The notes beneath the pieces are model-generated. The model did no database searches, was not told the origin of the DNA, and was given only the letters and a program-made list of their open reading frames with translations. Below, in pieces: positions 8,901-20,700 of a stretch of 51,707 nucleotides of DNA (within the stretch, counting starts at the first letter, position 1; each line of letters begins with the position of its first letter). The stretch is from assembly GCA_043813605.1 (NCBI GenBank), contig JBDRKX010000091.1:1-51707 (forward strand), read 5' to 3'. This DNA is from Elusimicrobiota bacterium. GTDB taxonomy: Bacteria; CG03; SLGR01; JBDRKX01. The position numbers were made by a program, and so were the translations under genes.

Positions 8901-11797
8901 AGCAGGGCATTAAAATCGCTCTCTTCTATCTGCCAGTCAGCAGTATAGGAACCTGCAGGAAGATTACTTAAAGCCGGCGGAGTAGTCCAATCCACTTTTA
9001 ATCCGTCAGTATCGGTCCATATCCGGTACTCGGCATAATTCAAAAGCGATATTGTATCTTCAAAATCCACGTTGTAACTGGTCGTATAAGTATTCCGCCA
9101 GGTTGTATCTCCATCCTGCAGGTCCGTTATAACAGGCGCAACAGTATCTTTTTTTATGTAGAAAACAGGGCTGTCCGACGTTATTGTAGAGCCGGCGGTA
9201 TCATATACTCTTACCAATACATACGAACAGCTGGAATTAATCTGTGTGAAGTGCGAGTTCTCTATCGAAATCGGTGTTGTATATGAATCGGATGAGATCC
9301 CCGATACGTATGTGTACCAGTTTATTATTGTCGGGCCGGTACATGATACAATCTTATAATCGGCATGTTCAAGATTACTGCCCCCGGTATCGTTATAAGT
9401 AATGTTATATGAACCGTTATTGATTCTTCTCCAGATCGTATCGCCATCCTGTAAATCATTGATTACAGGCGGTGTTGTATCCTTTAAGACATAGAACGCG
9501 TTTATCCATGAAGAAGTATTGTCAGCCAGATCTACAACCCTTACTGATATATAGTTTGTCACTCCTTCTTTTAATCGACTCCAGTGTGTCGAGGATAACG
9601 GCCAGTCTGCAGTATAGGTCAAAGAATCTATATCAACGAGTTCATCCTCCCATTCATTATTATAAAGGTACGGTGATCCGGCAGGCGAAGTAGAAGCGCG
9701 GGTCTCGAAATAGGATATCGAAGAATGGCCTATATCATAAAAATCCACGTTATAAACTGCGCTGTTTATCCTTCTCCAGGTAGTATCTCCGTCAATAAGG
9801 TTATTTGTTATAACAGGCAGGGAAGTGTCTTTCTTAATAAAGAAAGCATCCGTTACTGTAGTCGTATTAGCCACATGGTCAAAAGCCTTTATACTTACAT
9901 AATTGTATCCTGGCGTCAGGGAACTGAACAGCACCTCCCAGTCATCGGTGTATTCAGTACAGGTCGATGGAATGATATCTTTCCAGCCGATGACTTCTGT
10001 TCCCGGTTTCATGGCAGAAGAAGAATATACCGTATATCTTGCTCCTCCAAGCCAGGAACCGGCATCTGTGAAATCAATATTGTAGTATTCTGACGAGTTA
10101 ATCCAGTTTGTATCTCCATCAACCTCGTAATTTGTTATAACAGGATAAGCCGTGTCCTTGAAAATATTAAATACATCTACGGTCTGTGTAGAATTACCTG
10201 CATTGTCCCATGCTTCAATAGTAATATAGTTATTGCCGTTGACCAGGCTCTTCCAGGTCTGGGTAGATATCTTCCAATCCTGGGTGTAGCTGTTGGAATT
10301 AATACTCGACTTCTGTACCTGCCAGTCAGTAATAAGGCTTGACGGATAAGGCATGGCGTAAATCCTGGTCTGGAAATAAGAGAGTTCGCTCCCTCCGGTA
10401 TCAGAAAAATCAACTTTGTATTCGGCTTCGTTTACATTCCTCCACACTGTATCCCCGTCCTCAAGATCCGTGATCAGCGGGGGAGTCGTATCTTTTCTGA
10501 CATAGAATGCATCAACAAGCGCGGCGGTAGTCCCTGCCCAGTCATAACATCTTACTGACACCCAGTTAGTTACGCCCTCTTCCAGACCGTCAAAATTAAG
10601 CGGCCAGTCAAGCGTGTACCCGGCTGTCTGGGTAGAAGATACGATATCCGACCATGTAATGATCTCTTCGCCGGGTTTCATATCTGTAGCCCTGTAAACA
10701 GTGTACTGAGCTTTTTTGATAAAAGAAATATCATCGGAAAAATCTATGTTATAATTCTTAGACACGCTCCGCCACTGGTCATCACCTCCTGATTCGCTGT
10801 TATTTATTACAGGAGCGGCCGTATCTTTCTTGATAAAGAAAGCATTGGTTAATGATGATACATTCAATGCGTAATCATATACCTTTACAGAAACATAGGA
10901 GTATGTAGAAGGCAGCGATGTGAAATGGGTATCCGTGAGTTTAAAGCCCGTGGTATATGAATCAGAGGATATGCCCGATGCATATGTATACCAGTCCACG
11001 AGCACATGCCCTGTCGATGACGTAATACGGTACTGGGCATAATTTAACAGGCTCTGCCCGGTATCGGTATAACCTATATTATAAAGAGTGCCGGAAGATC
11101 TCCTCCAGCTGAAATCCCCTGTCTGGTTGTCATCTATTACCGGGACATGCGTATCTTTATAAATATAAAAAGTGTCCGTAGAATACACAACATTTAAAGC
11201 TGTATCAAATACCCTTAACGAAACCCATGACTTCCCTTCAGGCAGTTTGTCCCATGTCTCATTTTTTATCTGCCAGTCGGTGTTATAAGTGTCACTGCTT
11301 ATATCCGACACTACTGTCCTCCAGTCGTCAATCAATGACCCGTTCCAGTTTTTTGTAGAATATACTATAGTCTGGAAATATGCTAGCGTCGAAGGTCCGT
11401 TAGAAGAAAAATCGACATCATAGTATGCGTCGTTTATCTTTCTCCATGTCGTATCACCGTCGATTATATTATCTGTTATCTGGGGCTCTGCAACTGACCT
11501 TTTAACATAAAATACGTATGAAGACGACTCTTTCTGGTTGCCGGCTTTGTCAGAAACCCTTACCCAGATGTAGTTATAAGCATCATTGTTTAAAGAATCA
11601 AAGTCAACTCCCCAGTTATCCGTATAGGAAGACGCGCTTATGTTATCTGCTATAATCGTCCAGCCGATGACCTCACTTGTTCCGGTCCATGTCCCCCTCA
11701 TGTACCTTATATTCGCAGCGTTTGAGCAGAGAACCGCCGGCATCGGAGAAATCCAAATTAAAAATCGCGCCGGGATTATTACCATACCAGTTTTCAT
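2978..11797 (-). CDS. C-terminal part of the giant surface protein (Ig-like repeats, FN3, propeller-like region, two lamin-tail-like domains, terminal PQQ-like propeller); probably one gene with 11673..33155
   Basis: The first ~35 aa do not match the repeat; from GTWTGTSEVIGW onward the same ~115-aa repeat as the upstream ORF continues mid-repeat; LFINEV..DWIEFFN and VRINEV..EFIELYN LTD motifs. Confidence 0.8.
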   Translation of the reverse strand: MKTGMVIIPARFLIWISPMPAVLCSNAANIRYMRGTWTGTSEVIGWTIIADNISASSYTDNWGVDFDSLNNDAYNYIWVRVSDKAGNQKESSSYVFYVKRSVAEPQITDNIIDGDTTWRKINDAYYDVDFSSNGPSTLAYFQTIVYSTKNWNGSLIDDWRTVVSDISSDTYNTDWQIKNETWDKLPEGKSWVSLRVFDTALNVVYSTDTFYIYKDTHVPVIDDNQTGDFSWRRSSGTLYNIGYTDTGQSLLNYAQYRITSSTGHVLVDWYTYASGISSDSYTTGFKLTDTHFTSLPSTYSYVSVKVYDYALNVSSLTNAFFIKKDTAAPVINNSESGGDDQWRSVSKNYNIDFSDDISFIKKAQYTVYRATDMKPGEEIITWSDIVSSTQTAGYTLDWPLNFDGLEEGVTNWVSVRCYDWAGTTAALVDAFYVRKDTTPPLITDLEDGDTVWRNVNEAEYKVDFSDTGGSELSYFQTRIYAMPYPSSLITDWQVQKSSINSNSYTQDWKISTQTWKSLVNGNNYITIEAWDNAGNSTQTVDVFNIFKDTAYPVITNYEVDGDTNWINSSEYYNIDFTDAGSWLGGARYTVYSSSAMKPGTEVIGWKDIIPSTCTEYTDDWEVLFSSLTPGYNYVSIKAFDHVANTTTVTDAFFIKKDTSLPVITNNLIDGDTTWRRINSAVYNVDFYDIGHSSISYFETRASTSPAGSPYLYNNEWEDELVDIDSLTYTADWPLSSTHWSRLKEGVTNYISVRVVDLADNTSSWINAFYVLKDTTPPVINDLQDGDTIWRRINNGSYNITYNDTGGSNLEHADYKIVSCTGPTIINWYTYVSGISSDSYTTPISIENSHFTQINSSCSYVLVRVYDTAGSTITSDSPVFYIKKDTVAPVITDLQDGDTTWRNTYTTSYNVDFEDTISLLNYAEYRIWTDTDGLKVDWTTPPALSNLPAGSYTADWQIEESDFNALLPNSTSYVDVRVYDNAGSTDTALKAFYIRKDTIAPSAITDLAGGPGTEGEINLSWTVTGDDNYADYIENGLYEIRYTTDSLDVWATADYSKQIATSTSAGNEEGHILTGLVSSTTYYIWIKIRDKADNWSGVSNTTQTLSGPDNTPPARITDLEGAPGDFEGQVELTWTAPGDNDYTGIVSGYTVKYTTYSNFNWVKAATATWNSVGPSVPASSGTVHTAIFAGLNPDVTYWWSIKAYDEESNYSVQSNTVSVRPTQPGARDAMLVLGEGSLDYHKTKVWGGGSWSSGANGDTAAATIRWTILRSNNNIRNEKMAGILSSNNNLYVQKYDGVSSTWTNQFSVSPGISAYRCFDISYEQNTGRCLVVYYNGTAGEVSYRLWSSTASAWVIPETALPLGTLTGAVNWVRLEPRTGTNEIMLAAMDANNDMYAYRWNGTSFVNGQELTTGAQYNQYECFDLAWETQSGDCIVLWGEANRLYYDLWNGSVWGGALSPANLNIAGSVAWVRVDSDPSSDNIGFTCVDAGNDWNAGIWDGSQWLARPTEDAAVQSFVTRKMDCAWEKDSGKFFVLCAGAADRFDWCYWKNNQWYNASSAIGSLLNATLDTYDFGTAIMWLQLKSDPNVNKMIVKVIESGDSIKTRNWNGSNWTQSAIQTTNSSDYNYECGSLETDRHDDTPPILSDYQSGDDTWRSTNSGYYNVDFTDSGGSGIAYFESKITDNLDNMLENWTAVVSGINSDEYSINWQLLNASFDNMREGTNKVYVRVYDGASNVDNTNGTYCFYVKKDTAPAVMTDNQSGDYTWRNSTGMTYNVDFSDPLSYLDDLEYSVYPSSALKGTPVKSWTPAKLNINQQDYSDNWEIDFISLYHGTSNWVSARIWDRAGNYKVYEDVFVVWKDTLPPNSIANLTASIGQTYGQVELSWAAPGDDGVTGDNTAGSAYRVRYSTAGAIDTEPKWDNATEYSQNWPVSGQGQTEEHIIVELDSGVTYWFAVKTRDKVSDRGNYNWSGLSNAPAGIVSQAGNLFINEVYAYGGAGGDWIEFFNDTGGDIDLTGWKVDYYNSVSTSTIWTGDSIISSGTFLSTGALTMDHSVSGRVSLYDTGSNLVSYIKYPVFSEDASVSRIYNGSPYLCVDLRPTKGFTNTISTHPVRINEVKYGADEFIELYNAGTDTVTLSGCSLRNKNKVPFIFTRKILPKSFTAVDHSSIDNGAQTYNDCFGLNGLDSDSDFVMLETPSGKVIDMVTWQGSANVHYNKNGSLISYVNAAPSGVSGTVGRTPSEGKDTDVDSADFTSFASGTLGSRNNKGSQPSANVIAYPAASSVLPRNFRMELALSTDSTGGYTDTIWFIRTSGDPDLYSPHIYTLSDLGFDLSDTSVQISTLTGISSDDIDGYNLSTGTVYRMILNSDRSDGSAGQIILDSLTYDTSIHSVSVFSITPSFGTVNEGLTTGLIRIDITNSSPESYNSIEIEKMAVTLFDGDSAALSTEAGRNLFNELYVVFNSTDYDNSIGFQPNKDTYTGSVSSSSFSFSSGRQIIPIANPDSQYTTIAPQETMTYFVAVKLSSAAADYSPSTFSMTVDGDIDVIVRESASNVIQDIGITSALNSGNLHIIEEVKTDWANISYSSAPIYSQPFTSMVQDLFMGSDDGKLRAINSLGTVKWTFNAPDKIRTNIFGIQTSTSEPSYLYFADNSGNVYKLRDNGNDYTQMWSKPLTTTFDSIVVRDYVYAPGADGNIRKLGKDTGLGAGNWDGGLAGSLKGFPAVQDGWRGVSALWVSSDNGKVYRVQLSDGIATSNLTTGGPILISPTLDTGYYNQDLESNFLFIGSTDGKVYCRVSGNLSNIPDGWKNRSGQEDGNYNTGSPIMGGIWKAIEGQKKYLYFGNDAGRVYKIDASSGTMPWPAPFQAEGKIRTTPVLLSGYVYFGDTKGYYYAVSASDGITMRNGYPLYLGAAVLSNPTYDSSNKRLYIGTEDGRMHAINIGP

Positions 11798-14700
11798 CTC
11801 CCGCCTGGTTATCAGTGATCGCAGGCACGGTAATATCCTTTCTCACGATAAAAACATCCTTTTCTTCTGTAACCTTGCCGGCATAATCATTTACTTTTAC
11901 GGACACATAATTATATCCCTGCTGGCACGCGGAAAAAGCTATTCCCCAGTTATTCGTATATTCATCGGAATCTATGTCACCGGCAATTACAGTCCAGCCT
12001 TTTTTCTGTGTTCCCTGCATATCCGAAGATGTATAGATACAGTACCAGCATGTAGCCACTCCCGAGAGCGTATCTTTAAAATCTATGTCAAAGACCGCTC
12101 CCGGATTTGATGAATACCAGGCGCTGTCTTCCACCTGATTATCTTCTATTACCGGCGGGACGGTATCTTTCTTGATATAAAATGCTTTGTCTATAGTAGC
12201 CGTGTTTCCGAGTTTATCAACAGCTTTTATGTTTACATAATTATATGAAGAAACCAGCTGGTCGAACTGGGAACTTGTCAGAGAAAAATCAGTGTTATAA
12301 TCTTCTGCGTTAATGTCTGCAGCAAACGAATACCAGTCTATAACAGTTTCCTCTATTCCGGAAACAACTTTATACTGGACATAATCAAGCAGTGATTTAT
12401 TATCGCTGGAATCGATGTTATACAGCGTCCCTGATGATGAATGCCACGCATAATCGCCTGACTGGTTATCCGTGATAGTCGGGGACTCGGTGTCTTTCTT
12501 AACATAAAAAGCGTAATCTGTCTTTATTTTTTCATTTCCGGCGGAATCCCTGGCTTTAACAAAAACATAATGGAGCCCTGAAGGCCAGCTGTTAAAACCC
12601 ACACCCCAGTTCTGCGTATAAGAAGATGTATATGTAGAAACAATGAGTGTCCAGTCCTGGACAGGAACTCCTGTGATGTATGATGAAGAATAAACTGAAT
12701 AATACGACGTGGTAAACTTGGAAAGCGAATCCGAGAAATCCACATTATAGACTGCTCCGGGATCGGATGAATACCAGGTATCGTCGCCTGTCTGGTTATC
12801 CGCTATGGATGGGCTTTGCATATCCTTTTTTATGTAAAAAATGTCCGGAAAAGTATTCGTCTTATTGAGGTTATCATATGCCCGGGCTGTAACATAATTA
12901 TATCCCTGCTGTAAAACCGGAAAATTGACTTCCCAATCCGCAGTATAATTGCTGTTATTTATCCCTGATGCGAATGTTGTCCAGTTTTTAATCAGCGTAC
13001 CGCTCTGCCCTGCTTGAGACCATACCTGGTACTGTATATAATTCAACCCGCTTCCGGCATCACTGAAATCCACATTGTATGCCCTGGAACTATTGCGCCA
13101 TTTGTTATCGCCGCCGGCTTCCGAATTATCAATTGCAGGCTTTGAAACATCCTTCTTCAGGTAGAATACGTCTTTTACCGTATTCGAGGCACCGGACACA
13201 TTATATACCTCCACTGAAACATAATTATACCCTTCGGCAGCAGAGAAGAAGTCCACTTCCCAATTCGAAGTATATTCGGCCTGCCCAAGGGACGAGAATA
13301 TCTCTGTCCATGATTTTACCGGGCTGCCCTGCATGCCTGTCGAACTGTACAGGGTATAATATGCTCTATCAAGGTTCTCTCCGGTATCCATGAAATCCAC
13401 ATCAAATATCGCGCCGGGATCGCTTGCGTACCATGTATCATCACCTGTCTGATTGTCAATAACCTGTGGATTTATCCCCTGCTTGCTGACAAAAAACGCG
13501 TCGAAAACCGTATCAGAAGAACCTGCATAATCATACACCCTTATACTTACATAGTTATGGCTTCCCGGATTGACATGATAGAAATCCACTTCCCAGTCTG
13601 TTGTGTAACTGTTCTGGTTAAGGTTTGTAAAGATGTCAGTCCAGTCAATGACAGTATTGCCCTTCATGCCTGTAGAAGATTTGACGATATACTGCGCGTC
13701 TTTCAGCTTTGAACCGCCGCTATCGGTAAAATCGACATTATAAGCCGTACCCGGCGCGTTTCTCCATGTGGTATCCCCGTCCTGGAGGTCAGTTATAACA
13801 GGGGTAACTGTATCCTTACGGATATAAAAAGCGTCAGCAATAGTATCGGAAGAACCTGCATAATCAGAAACTCCTACTGATACATAGTTTGTTCCTCCGG
13901 GCAGCAGATTAAAATGAGAGCCGGATATCTGCCATTCGGCTTCATATGAATATCCTGCGTCGTTGATAAACGTGTACCAGTCGATCGTTCCGCCGGTAGA
14001 TGTATCAATTTTGTATTTTATGCCGGATATACCGCTTCCGCTTGCCGCATCATTAAAATCAATATCGTATGAAGCGTTATTCGCATTCCTCCAGGTATCA
14101 TCACCGTCCTGGTTATCAGTGGCGACAGGTGCAGTTGTATCTTTCTTTATATAGAACAGGTTCAGTTCCTGTTTGAAGTTCCCTATTCCGTCATAGACCT
14201 TAACATCTACGTAATTGGTTCCTTCTTTCAAGCTGGCGAAATCGACCTCCCAGTCGTTGTCGAAAGAGCTTATTCCCGGTGAAGAGAAAATCACTGTCCA
14301 ATCCTTTATGATACCTCCGGCAGAAGTCTTCAGCCTGTAATAACCCGTAGACAGTTTTGATTCATAATCATCGAAATCAACATCATAATGGGTCCCTGCT
14401 TCCGGCTGCCATGTGTCATCTCCGGAAAAATTCAGCGTAACTTTAGGCAATGAAGTGTCTTTTTTTACATAAAAAGCGTTTGCCTGCACGGCACTCGACG
14501 ATGCGACATCAAAGACCTTTATATGTACATAATTTACCCCCGGCTGCATATCGTTAAAAATAGTCTCGGGTATCTGCCAGTCTGTATCATATGTATTTGA
14601 AGAAATATCTGTAACGACATCTGCCCAGTCGCTTATCAGGATCCCTGAATAATCCTGGCCTGTAGTAACTTTTATCTGGAATCTGTCCAGTAAAGAACCG

Positions 14701-17700
14701 CCTGAATCAGTAAAATTAACATCATAATAACCGTCATTGGAACTTCTCCATGTGTCGTCACCTGCCTGCTGGTCATCTATAGCCGGCGGCGTAGTGTCTT
14801 TTTTTATAAAGAAGATATCATCTTCCTGATACTGGTTATCTGCATAATCCTTCACTCTTACCCGGACATAATTGAACCCCTGCTGCAGGTTGTCCCATGC
14901 GACATTCCAGTCCTGCGTATACTGGGTCACATCGGTTGACTGGAATATGTATGTCCAGTCTATAACCGTACTTCCGGTTGACGATATTACCTTGTACCAT
15001 CCATCCTTCAGGTTGCTGGTAGCGTCATAAAAATCCACGTCATAGCTTCTGGAAGAATTTCTCCATGTACCGTCGCCGCCTGTCTCGTTATTCGTTACTT
15101 CCGGGTATATCGAGTCTTTCTTCAAATAAAAGGCCTGTCCGAAATTTGTCGTGTTTCCGGCAAGATCCGCAGCCTTTACAAAAACATAATTCACGCCTTC
15201 ATTACATTCAGCAAAATTTATCTGCCAGTCTGTTGTCCAGTCATACCCGCTTACGCCTGTAATATCGGTCCAGTCAATAACTATACCGCCTGTACCGGTC
15301 TTTACCTGGTACCTGGCATAACTCAATCCCCCTCCGGAAGAAGTATCATGGAAATCAACATCATAAACGGTTCCCGAGGCATTCATCCAGTTATCATCGC
15401 CTGCCTGAGTATCTGTGACAGTGGGTGAAGTGGTATCTTTTAGTATATAAAACGCGTCTGTAAGTACCGTCTCATTGAAAGCATTGTCTTTCACTTTCAG
15501 CGACAGGTAATTCTTACCTTCATTCAAACTGGTGAAATTTACCGACCAATTAGTCGTATATTCTTCCTGGTTCAATCCTGTAAAAATAGATGTCCAGTTT
15601 TTAAGTATATCTCCGGCCTGGCCGGAAGACGCGCACACCTTATATTGAGCTTCATACAATAAAGAACCGTGATCGGAGAAATCCACATTGTATGTAATGG
15701 AATTGCTTCTCCATGTATCATCTCCGCTCACATGGTTTGAAATCGAAGGCGCAGCCGTGTCTTTCCTGATATAGAAGACATCCGTACCGGTTGAAACATG
15801 CCCGGCGTAATCATACACACGGACGCTCACATAATTATACCCCTGGGTAAGGCTGCTGAAAGCGACTGCCCAGTTACTTGTATATTCCTGCTGGTTAAGG
15901 CCCGAAAAAATATCCGTCCAGTTTACTAATACATTCCCGCCCATGTCCGTAGAATCACATATTGTATACTGCGCTTTATCCAGTTTGGAAGCTGTGTCTC
16001 TGAAGTCAATATTATATATGTTACCGGGATCGTTATCCCTGTACACATTATCACCCGCCTGGTTGTCTATCACCTGCGGAGGAGACGTATCTTTCTTGAT
16101 ATAAAATGCGCCGGTAACCGTGTTTGTAGAACCCGCATTGTCCCAGGACCTTATGTCCACATAGTTAACTCCGGCTTTCAGAGTATTAAAATCAACTTCA
16201 AAATCCTCGCTGTAAACAGTGACATTTGTAGAACTGAATATATCCTGCCAGTCAATAATTATACCGCCGGTAGAAGATTTCACGCGGTACTGGGCAGTAT
16301 CAAGCCCGGAGAGCGTATCTTCAAAATCAATATCATACTCTGTACCGGATGATGTTCTCCAGTTAATATCTCCTGCTGCTTCATTGTTAGATATTACCGG
16401 CGCAGAAGTATCTTTTAGAATGTAAAATGCGGTGACAATCGTATCTGAAACACCGGCCGCATCATAAACAGCTGCGGACACGTAGTTTTTGCCCGGTTTA
16501 AGCAGGTTCCATGTCTCGTTCTTTATCTGCCAGTTAGTATTATAAGCGGAGCTGTTTATATTTGATACTACTGTTCTCCAGTCATCAACAAGGATACCCG
16601 TGTGATTAGCGCCCGTAGTAACCCTGGTCATAAAATAATCCAGGTTTGCGATGCCTCCCCAATTGAAATCGACATCATAATATCCGTTATTGATTCTTCT
16701 GTATTTGTCATCTCCTGCCTGGTTGCCTGTAACCACCGGAAAATTAGTTGATTTCTTTATGTAGAACAGGTATGTATCCGATTCCGCCGCATTTCCTGCA
16801 TAATCCTGTGTTTTCACCCAGACATAGTTATATCCTGCTGATAAAGAACTGAAATTGACCTGCCAGTCAGAGTTATATGCTGATGTATTCAGGTTATTGA
16901 ATATACCTGTCCAGTCCATGACTGCTTCACTTCCCGTCCATGTCCCTTTGTATACCTTATACCACCCGTTCTTCAACCTGCTTCTTGTATCTTCAAAATC
17001 CACATTATAAACCGTACCGCCTGAAGTCCTCCATGTCTCATCTCCGGTCTGGTTATCAGTGATTACCGGAGGTGTAGTATCTTTTAGTACGTAGAAAGCG
17101 TTTGCAAGTGTACCGGTATTCTGCGCTACATCAAAACATCTTACAGATACCCAGTTGGTCGCGGATTCTTTCAAAGAATCAAAATCAATACTCCAGTCGG
17201 CCTCATATGAAGTTGATGATTTATCTATAAATACAAAGCTCCAGCTTAAGATATCTCCTGTTATATTATCAGATGAAGATGAGACACAATACTGGGCATC
17301 ATCTAAGAGAGAATGGTAATCCTGAAAATCAACATTATATACTTTTCCGCTTATCTTCTGCCATATGGTATCCCCGTCCTGAAGATCAGTAATTAACGGT
17401 GGAACTGTATCTTTATTTACATAAAAAATGTCTTTTTCTAATTTATAATTCCCGGCATTATCATATACCCTGGCTGAAATGTGATTTTTACCTGTTGTCA
17501 GGGAAGAAAATTTTACTCCCCATTCATTTATGTAATTGGCTGGTCCCGGCAGATCAAAAATCGTCTGCCAGTCAAGAATCTGAGCCCCTTCCATATTAGT
17601 AGAAAAATACACGACATATTGAGCCTTATCCAACTTAGAAATAGAATCTGAAAAATCAACGTTAAAAATATTTCCCGGATCTTCTTTATACCAGTTGTTA

Positions 17701-20700
17701 TCTCCGGCCTGATTATCTCCTATTGTGGGCAATCCTGTATCCTTTTTCACATAAAAGGCATCTGTCTCTTCAGCTGAATTACCTGTTCCGTCAAAAGCCT
17801 TAATTGAAACATAATTAAATCCCTGCTGCATACTATTCCATGTCTGGGCAGCTAAATTCCAGTCTGTTGTGTACTCATTATTGTTTATTCCGGTTACGAC
17901 ATCCCTCCAGTCATCTAAAATATCTTTCTGGCTCTCTGATGCGCATACCTTTGTCTGGGATCTGGATAATTTTGACCCTCCGGTATCATTGAAATCAACA
18001 TTATAAGTCGCTGTATTGTCCTTTCTCCAGATATCATCTCCTGACTGATTATCTGAAATGGTTGGCGGATCCGGGTCGTAGAGGTCCAGGGAGAGCATGA
18101 CAGGCTGATATCTTTGATTTGTATTATCCGGCCAGTCAGGAACCGGGTCGCAATGTTCTGGGAAGCTGTTCTGCCAACCGTCCTGTCCTCCAGTGCCGGT
18201 CCTGTTCGCGCTCCGCAGGTCAGCGTCAATGCTTATTCCAATAAGCGACATCTTGTCTGTATTAGGGTCAGGAACAAGCTGGATAAATGCTAAATCATCA
18301 TCCCATCGTCTGCCGGCGAGATCTCCCCAAATTTGAGTTGAATTAGCAGGATCCGGGTTCCATCCCCCGGAAGATATCCATTCAGCCTGATTGAAAGTAA
18401 GCCTTCCGCCCCTTACACCCAGAGCAACGCACCTGCCTGTATTCCTCTCCCATCCGATATCAATACAGCGCCCGCTGAATAATTCCATACCTCCGTCCTC
18501 TGCCGGTAGAGACCCCCATCCATTGTCCCACATACAGACATTCCAGTCGCTGCCGCTGTCAAGAGACGCAAAACCGATTCTGTCTGACGTTGGGTCGGAG
18601 GCAAGCCGTATCCATCTGACATTGGCGGCAGCGCCGACCTGGGGCCCGTTAAATGGTCCGTCACCATGCCAGGTACTGCTGGTAGAGTAAAATATATCAT
18701 ACTTTGTCTGCGTGCCTTCAGCCCATACAACCAGACATTTTCCGCTTTGAGTCTCCCATGCCATATCAAAACACTCTTCAGTATTAATTGGACTGGAAGC
18801 TGTGTTTATCCTCCCATTTTGCCAGGTGCCGCCGGTCCAGCGTACAGAAAAGACATCATTGCTGGCATCCAGGGTGGTCATCATAATATTATCTGTTCCC
18901 GGCCCGGGAACCATCTTCACCCAGTAGACAACATCTGATGTGTTTAAGTCTATAGTCTGTTCATTCAGCCAGGCTGTACTTGTCCAGACCTTGTAACCGA
19001 TTTCGTCTGTCGACGTTCCTTTGCTCCATGCGACGACACATCTGCCTGAATTCTGTTCATAAGCGATGTCAAATCCTCTATAAACAGAATTCGCCGCTCC
19101 AATATCCGTAACATTAAATTCTTCAGACCAGGATGTTCCATTCCAGCGGGATATGTATAACGTTCCGTTATCAGACAGGACTCCCAGTATCTTCTCATCT
19201 CTCATAATATTACAGGAGCGAAGAATAACCCAGCGGATATTTCCGGCAAATGTACCGGGAACAGGGGTCTCCGTGCCGAATGAACCGCTATTGAATGTCC
19301 TGTACTGCGGATTTGATGTGCCGCCTTTTCCGTATACCATGATCCCGTCTGCTGCGCCCGGCTGGCCGGGTATAGCGCTTGCCGTATTGGACATAACAGC
19401 ATAATTAGGCGCTTCATCATATGCCTTAATGGCAAACCAGTATGTTTTTGTATGGTCCAAATCAGCTAGAACCTTGTTTTCTGTACTCTCCGGATCAAGA
19501 GGAATCCATGAAGATGTGTCCCATGAATCGCAGGAATCATAGTTTGCGCCTGTAATCTCAAAAGTAGCGTATTTAAGTTCATACCCTGCGGCATTGCCGA
19601 TTGTTCCATTATCACCGGGAGCAGTCCAAATTAGTTCTATCTGTCCCGGATAACTTCCCTCTTCAACATATAAATCATCGATCTGACCGGGCGCGGTCAC
19701 ATCTGCGCCCGCTGTAGTAGACGTAGAATTTGATATCGGGCTCCAGCTCATTGCTTTATCCCTGATCTTTATCCATATATAATACGTTGCTGAAGCGGTA
19801 AGTCCGGTTATAGTATACCCTTCTTTACCGCCTGCTGAAGTATCCGTAGGGATCTGTATAGAATAATCCGCGGTATCCCATGTATCCATATCGTCCTGCG
19901 TGTATCTCAATTCATAAAGAGCCTCTTCCAGGTAATCGCTGTAACCATCGTCGCCTGTAACTGTCCATGTGAGAGATATCTTGCCCTCAGTTCCGGGACT
20001 GCCTGAAAAATCTGTTATAGCTGCAGGAGGTATAGTATCCCTCTTGATATAGAACGCATCTGCTACTGTATCAGAAGATCCTGCATTGTCGTAAACCCTT
20101 ACAGAGACATAGGAGCAACTGGATGTAAGCGCCTCGAAATGCGAATTTTCAATAGCAAGATCTGTATCATATGAACTGGCGTTTATTGCGGAAGCATAGG
20201 TATACCACGGTATAACTACTGCTCCTGTTGCGGATTCTATCTGGTATTGGGCATGATCCAGAAAACTTCCGCCTGAATCATAGTAACTTACATCATATGT
20301 ACCGTCATTTGCGTTTCTCCATACTGTATCGCCGGCCTGAGCATCAGTGATTACAGGTGGCGCTGTATCCTTTAAAACATAGAATATGTCGTTCTCAGAA
20401 TTGAAATTTCCTGATTTATCCGCGCATCTTACTGACACGTAGTTCTTCCCTCCCTTTAATGAAACAAAATCCAGCTGCCAGTCATCTGTATAGCTTGAAC
20501 CGGTTACTTCCGTTACATCCGACCATACCTTGCGCTGTTCGCCTGTCTGGTTCTGTCCTGTCCATACAGTATATTTTATGTAGTCCAGCAATGACCCGCC
20601 GGTATCCGTAAAATCCACGTTGTATGTTGAACCGGAGACAGTACGCCACACTTCGTCTCCATCCTGGTTATCTGTAATAGCGGGAGTGGTTACGTCAACA

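Noticed and set aside
11698..11797. Independent start of the 2939-aa ORF
   Set aside because: The first ~35 aa do not fit the repeat, while the overlapping frame does; no signal peptide
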